A stretch of 64,000 bases of DNA from Bdellovibrionota bacterium (GTDB taxonomy: Bacteria; Bdellovibrionota_C; UBA2361; CALJRW01). How positions within the stretch are numbered: position 1 is the stretch's first letter; each line of letters opens with the position of its first letter. The notes beneath the pieces were generated by a model, which saw nothing but the letters and a program-made list of their open reading frames with translations, searched no databases and had not been told where the DNA came from. The position numbers were made by a program, and so were the translations under genes. The stretch spans positions 160,001 to 224,000 of the forward strand of contig JBGSMD010000016.1 of NCBI GenBank assembly GCA_041740355.1, read 5' to 3'. This document shows positions 61,601 through 64,000 of the stretch, piece after piece.

Positions 61601-63672
61601 CAACTGATGTTGGTGGGGGTAAAAATGTAGGCTATATTTCTGCTGGAGAATGGCTTTCATATGATGTTAATGTGACATCTTCCGGTAACTACGTGTTCAA
61701 AGCTCGAGTAGCTACTATTGCGACTACAGGTCAATTAATAAGTTTATATGTTGATAATGTTAGTCAAGGTCAACTAACTGTTCCTCCAACTGGGGCATGG
61801 CAAACATACACAACTATTTCTAAGAACATCGCACTGACTTCTGGAAATCATACTATAAAAATAGTATTTGATAATCCACTTGTGAACCTAAACTGGTTTG
61901 AAATAACAACTGCGACAACTACACCAACGACCTACGCTTTAACAGCTAACAAAGCAGGAACTGGTGCTGGGACTATTACAGGTAATAATTCCCCATACAC
62001 AAGCGGAGCAACTGCCACACTTACAGCAACTGCTTCTAGTGGTTCAACATTTACTTCTTGGTCAGGATGTACTTCTATTTCTGGTGCGACATGTTCAGTG
62101 TCAATGACTGCTGCAAAAACAGTGACTGCCACTTTCACACTTGTTCCAACACCAACACCTACTCCAACACCAGTTAAGTACACTTTAACTGCTAACAAAG
62201 CTGGAACAGGTGCAGGAACAATTACAGGTAATAACTCGCCGTATACAAGTGGTGCAACTGCCACACTTACAGCAACTGCTTCTAGTGGTTCAACATTTAC
62301 TTCTTGGTCGGGATGTACTTCTACTTCTGGAGCAACATGTAATGTGTCAATGAATGCTGCTAAAACAGTTACTGCAACTTTCACTCTTAACCCTGTAACA
62401 CCACCTCCTAGTGGGTCAGGAATGTTGTTAATTGTTCACCCAGATAATCCAAGATATTTTAAAAGTGCCAGTGGTAAGACTGTCTATCTGACAGGAGCAG
62501 GATCGTATGCCAACGGTACTGATGAAGTTAACTTTGATAATTATCTAGCTAGTTTTGTTGCCGCAAAAACAAACCTGATCAGATTATGGAGAGTTGAAGA
62601 ATGGTATCCTGGACAAGGACAAGGGCCTTATTCAAAAGTAAATAACAAATGGGATTTAAATTCATTTAATCAAAGTTATTTTAATGAAATGCGGGAGCAA
62701 GTTATAAAAGCTCAGGGGAAAAACATCTATGTGAATATTATGATGTTTGATGGTTGGGCATATCATCAAGAGCCAAATGATGTTTGGCCAACTAGTATCT
62801 GGAACGGGAACAATAACAATGCTTGGGCTGCAAATTACATGGCCGTGACTGATGTTCATACACGAAACAAATCACTATATGAAGCTGTTCAAAAAAAATA
62901 TGTAACAAAAGTACTAGAAACCTTAAAAGATTTAGACAATGTTATCTATGAAATTGCTAACGAAGCTAATAAAGACTCGCAAACATTTACAACAGAAATG
63001 TTGAGCTACACAATTGCAGAGGAGAAAAGACTTGGAGGAATGCAACATCTAGTTGGAATTTCATCCTCTGGTGGAGGAGTTGCTGATTATGCAGGTATAA
63101 CCAACGACTTCATGAAAAATAGCAGTGCTAGTTGGGTTAGTCTTGGACAGCGAGATGGTATGGATTTGTTAACTAATCCAGCTCTCTACACAGTAACCAC
63201 CGGCAAACCGGCGTTTGCTGACACTGATCATATTAAACCTGGACTTAATTCTGTTGATTGGCCTTGGCAAGTATTTATGAGAGGCTATAACACACTCTTA
63301 TTAGATGATGGTTGGACAAATTTAAGTAACTTATCAAGTTACTATACTGCATTTGGTCAAACTTTAGCTTTAGCTAATAAAATAAACTTAGCTAATTCAA
63401 TTCCTAATAATACCAGAAATGATTGTTCAACCGAATACTGTTTAATGAACACAACAGATGGACAGTATGTTGTGTACGACACAGGCTCTTCAAACGTAAC
63501 TGTAAGAATTGCCAAACCAGGAATATATTCCTATACAATCTATGATTCGCAAAATGTAAATCAATCTAAAGGAACAGGTACAATTACAACAACATCAACA
63601 AATGAAACAAAAACAATAAATAGTGTTGCTGGAACTTCAAATGGTATGGTTGTTTTGATTACAAAAAATTAA
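58684..63672 (+). CDS. Large secreted multidomain protein: basic N-domain, Ig-like domain, uncharacterised helical domain, four InlB-B-like repeats, CBM6 and a C-terminal GH-A-type TIM barrel
   Basis: IEAENY...GGG.NVGYI..GEWL.Y.V (CBM6); HPDNPRYF, YEIANE and DTDH (GH5/GH140-like barrel). The ORF track starts at TTG 58750, but an in-frame signal peptide extends back to ATA 58684. Confidence 0.85.
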   Translation: MQIKTKVILLSFLTFILILSIGLPSGVEYVSNQQIRSLNKLTPLDQTFSVIYENKAFDCVYLKKAEFGQIKEIDGELIFKSFSKVYRAKIKKLTDTGNVVKANKLKLKKKNIEQLCQKTLTSSLPLENSIFDLIDASTEKVITSLSNGSIVDLSKINTSEFNIVVRYPETVGSFKIVLNSDTQIDNAKPYSLYGDDDQRDFYSGQLTSGDYTLTATPYSKSNAKGTPGESFTIQFIVANAIIISPSANSNSALEVNNSTNLSTSTVSTPNTETTKAATTPLITAAAVVSKTCPSITQYGITWTFLNPPVCGQFATGDWWVIGPVTITNISPKGTTSSGSMIGPDAPGSWNINHGFDSRIEDNVFVQNLNIATKLPYQMAANKSLISSISSTANTPRYQLSDQAILTTLSSIPDEGSFRPTYFGSDKTIKWNKSQINYSKLSKSIKSSLFNLSDVEGGNIRPLVMLGMKDSYKGTHLIASNNQAYYGGDVSKTNAYAALALNSDLTDAQKEKLAIGFIQKGIDIYEGVVRGNYTVPGGGYPYGYKTPLFFAAVLLNDPNIIKYANSKAIAADGKPGIFAEDRAYYYVDNIDLGARADANKYGLSGGVGCSLTNSAKTACEPGRTIVPYTSNMTGMPEWGNEGHDWFASSEWGTIYRDVTGPNFIGVALAVQLMGAESVWNNQAFFDYMNQRAWPFWSSYYQAGEKENWAIKPTTTDSNGNYINRVDDFIDKAWISTRSPIGTIPNSHKPLNPVSSAWPKGPYPSNYPTYGGPGSVTPPVSTTTYTLTANKAGTGAGNITGNNSPYTSGATATLTATASGGSTFTSWSGCTSTSGATCNVSMTAAKTVTATFTLVTTSTPVPTATPTSINYTLTANKAGTGAGTITGNNSPYTSGATATLTATASSGSTFTSWSGCTSTSGTTCSVSMTAAKTVTATFTLSPVTNTTRPTIPGKIEAENYTAFYDTTAAPGVETTTDVGGGKNVGYISAGEWLSYDVNVTSSGNYVFKARVATIATTGQLISLYVDNVSQGQLTVPPTGAWQTYTTISKNIALTSGNHTIKIVFDNPLVNLNWFEITTATTTPTTYALTANKAGTGAGTITGNNSPYTSGATATLTATASSGSTFTSWSGCTSISGATCSVSMTAAKTVTATFTLVPTPTPTPTPVKYTLTANKAGTGAGTITGNNSPYTSGATATLTATASSGSTFTSWSGCTSTSGATCNVSMNAAKTVTATFTLNPVTPPPSGSGMLLIVHPDNPRYFKSASGKTVYLTGAGSYANGTDEVNFDNYLASFVAAKTNLIRLWRVEEWYPGQGQGPYSKVNNKWDLNSFNQSYFNEMREQVIKAQGKNIYVNIMMFDGWAYHQEPNDVWPTSIWNGNNNNAWAANYMAVTDVHTRNKSLYEAVQKKYVTKVLETLKDLDNVIYEIANEANKDSQTFTTEMLSYTIAEEKRLGGMQHLVGISSSGGGVADYAGITNDFMKNSSASWVSLGQRDGMDLLTNPALYTVTTGKPAFADTDHIKPGLNSVDWPWQVFMRGYNTLLLDDGWTNLSNLSSYYTAFGQTLALANKINLANSIPNNTRNDCSTEYCLMNTTDGQYVVYDTGSSNVTVRIAKPGIYSYTIYDSQNVNQSKGTGTITTTSTNETKTINSVAGTSNGMVVLITKN
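61030..62388 (+). repeat. Four near-identical 210-bp (70-aa) intragenic repeats at 61030, 61288, 61933 and 62179
   Basis: YTLTANKAGTGAG.ITGNNSPYTSGATATLTATAS.GSTFTSWSGCTS.SG.TC.VSM.AAKTVTATFTL; two copies on each side of the CBM6. Confidence 0.95.
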
Positions 63673-63762
63673 GACAACTTTTGGCTCAGCTTTGTTATGG
63701 ATTCATCCTCTCGTGCCAGGCTCACAGCCATTGATTTAAGGCTGTAATTTATTGAAATAAGT

Positions 63763-64000
63763 ATGATAAGATATCTTATCATTCAATCAACTGGAAGATT
63801 TAAAATTTTCTTCAGAAATGGAAGTACCCGAGAATTTTCACTCCTTAACCGTCTTGATACCTCAAACCTTAAGTATCTCGTAGTGCATTATTCTGAAAAT
63901 GATTACAATGAGAACAAATACTCTTTCGATCACAACAACAAACTTGCGATCAGTAGCCAAGTAAAGTATCAGACGACAGTTAAAAATTATTTTCAGAATA
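63763..64000 (+). CDS. Partial ORF running off the window end, possibly a gene fragment
   Basis: ATG at 63763 with an open frame to the edge (MIRYLIIQ...LKYLVVHYSENDYNEN...); weak resemblance to an SGNH block-III ND motif. Confidence 0.35.
   Translation, partial: MIRYLIIQSTGRFKIFFRNGSTREFSLLNRLDTSNLKYLVVHYSENDYNENKYSFDHNNKLAISSQVKYQTTVKNYFQN

Noticed and set aside
61029-62384. Repeated antisense ORFs (MKVAVTV...) and a possible CRISPR-like periodicity
   Set aside because: The repeats are 210-bp in-frame protein domains with synonymous variation, not short repeats with unique spacers; no cas genes
1-64000. tRNA, rRNA, riboswitch, transposase or prophage genes
   Set aside because: No such motifs recognised by eye; an Infernal/Rfam and tRNAscan-SE run would be needed to exclude them formally

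Overview
An AT-rich bacterial chromosomal window with no rRNA, tRNA, CRISPR or transposase seen. The gene content (paired PilT ATPases, sigma-54 promoters, Myxococcus-type Cys repeats, many Lys-rich secreted proteins) suggests a deltaproteobacteria-like or Bdellovibrionota-like lineage; this is inference. Recognisable genes include pilT plus a pilT/pilU paralogue, a DUF3494 ice-binding-family protein, a di-haem cytochrome c peroxidase, a complete arsR-arsC-acr3-arsD-arsA operon, a B12 radical SAM enzyme, a TMTC-like glycosyltransferase, a divergent GlnD, an SPFH protein, PhzF, DeaD and a 1640-aa multidomain CBM6/glycoside-hydrolase-like protein. Four signals stand out. (1) An unannotated 42-aa mini-pilin ORF with a perfect sigma-54 promoter and an upstream enhancer palindrome, divergent from the pilT pair. 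(2) A cluster of two very Cys-rich repeat surface proteins (one fused to a DsbA domain) with a B12 radical SAM and a TMTC-like glycosyltransferase. (3) A 148-bp double-hairpin element present twice in inverted orientation around an ~8.2-kb block holding a JAB protein, a sulfotransferase, an AlmEFG-like ligase/acyltransferase/carrier cassette, DUF2130 and a GT-C protein. (4) Two further families of short palindromic intergenic repeats. All family assignments come from reading motifs by eye, not from database searches.
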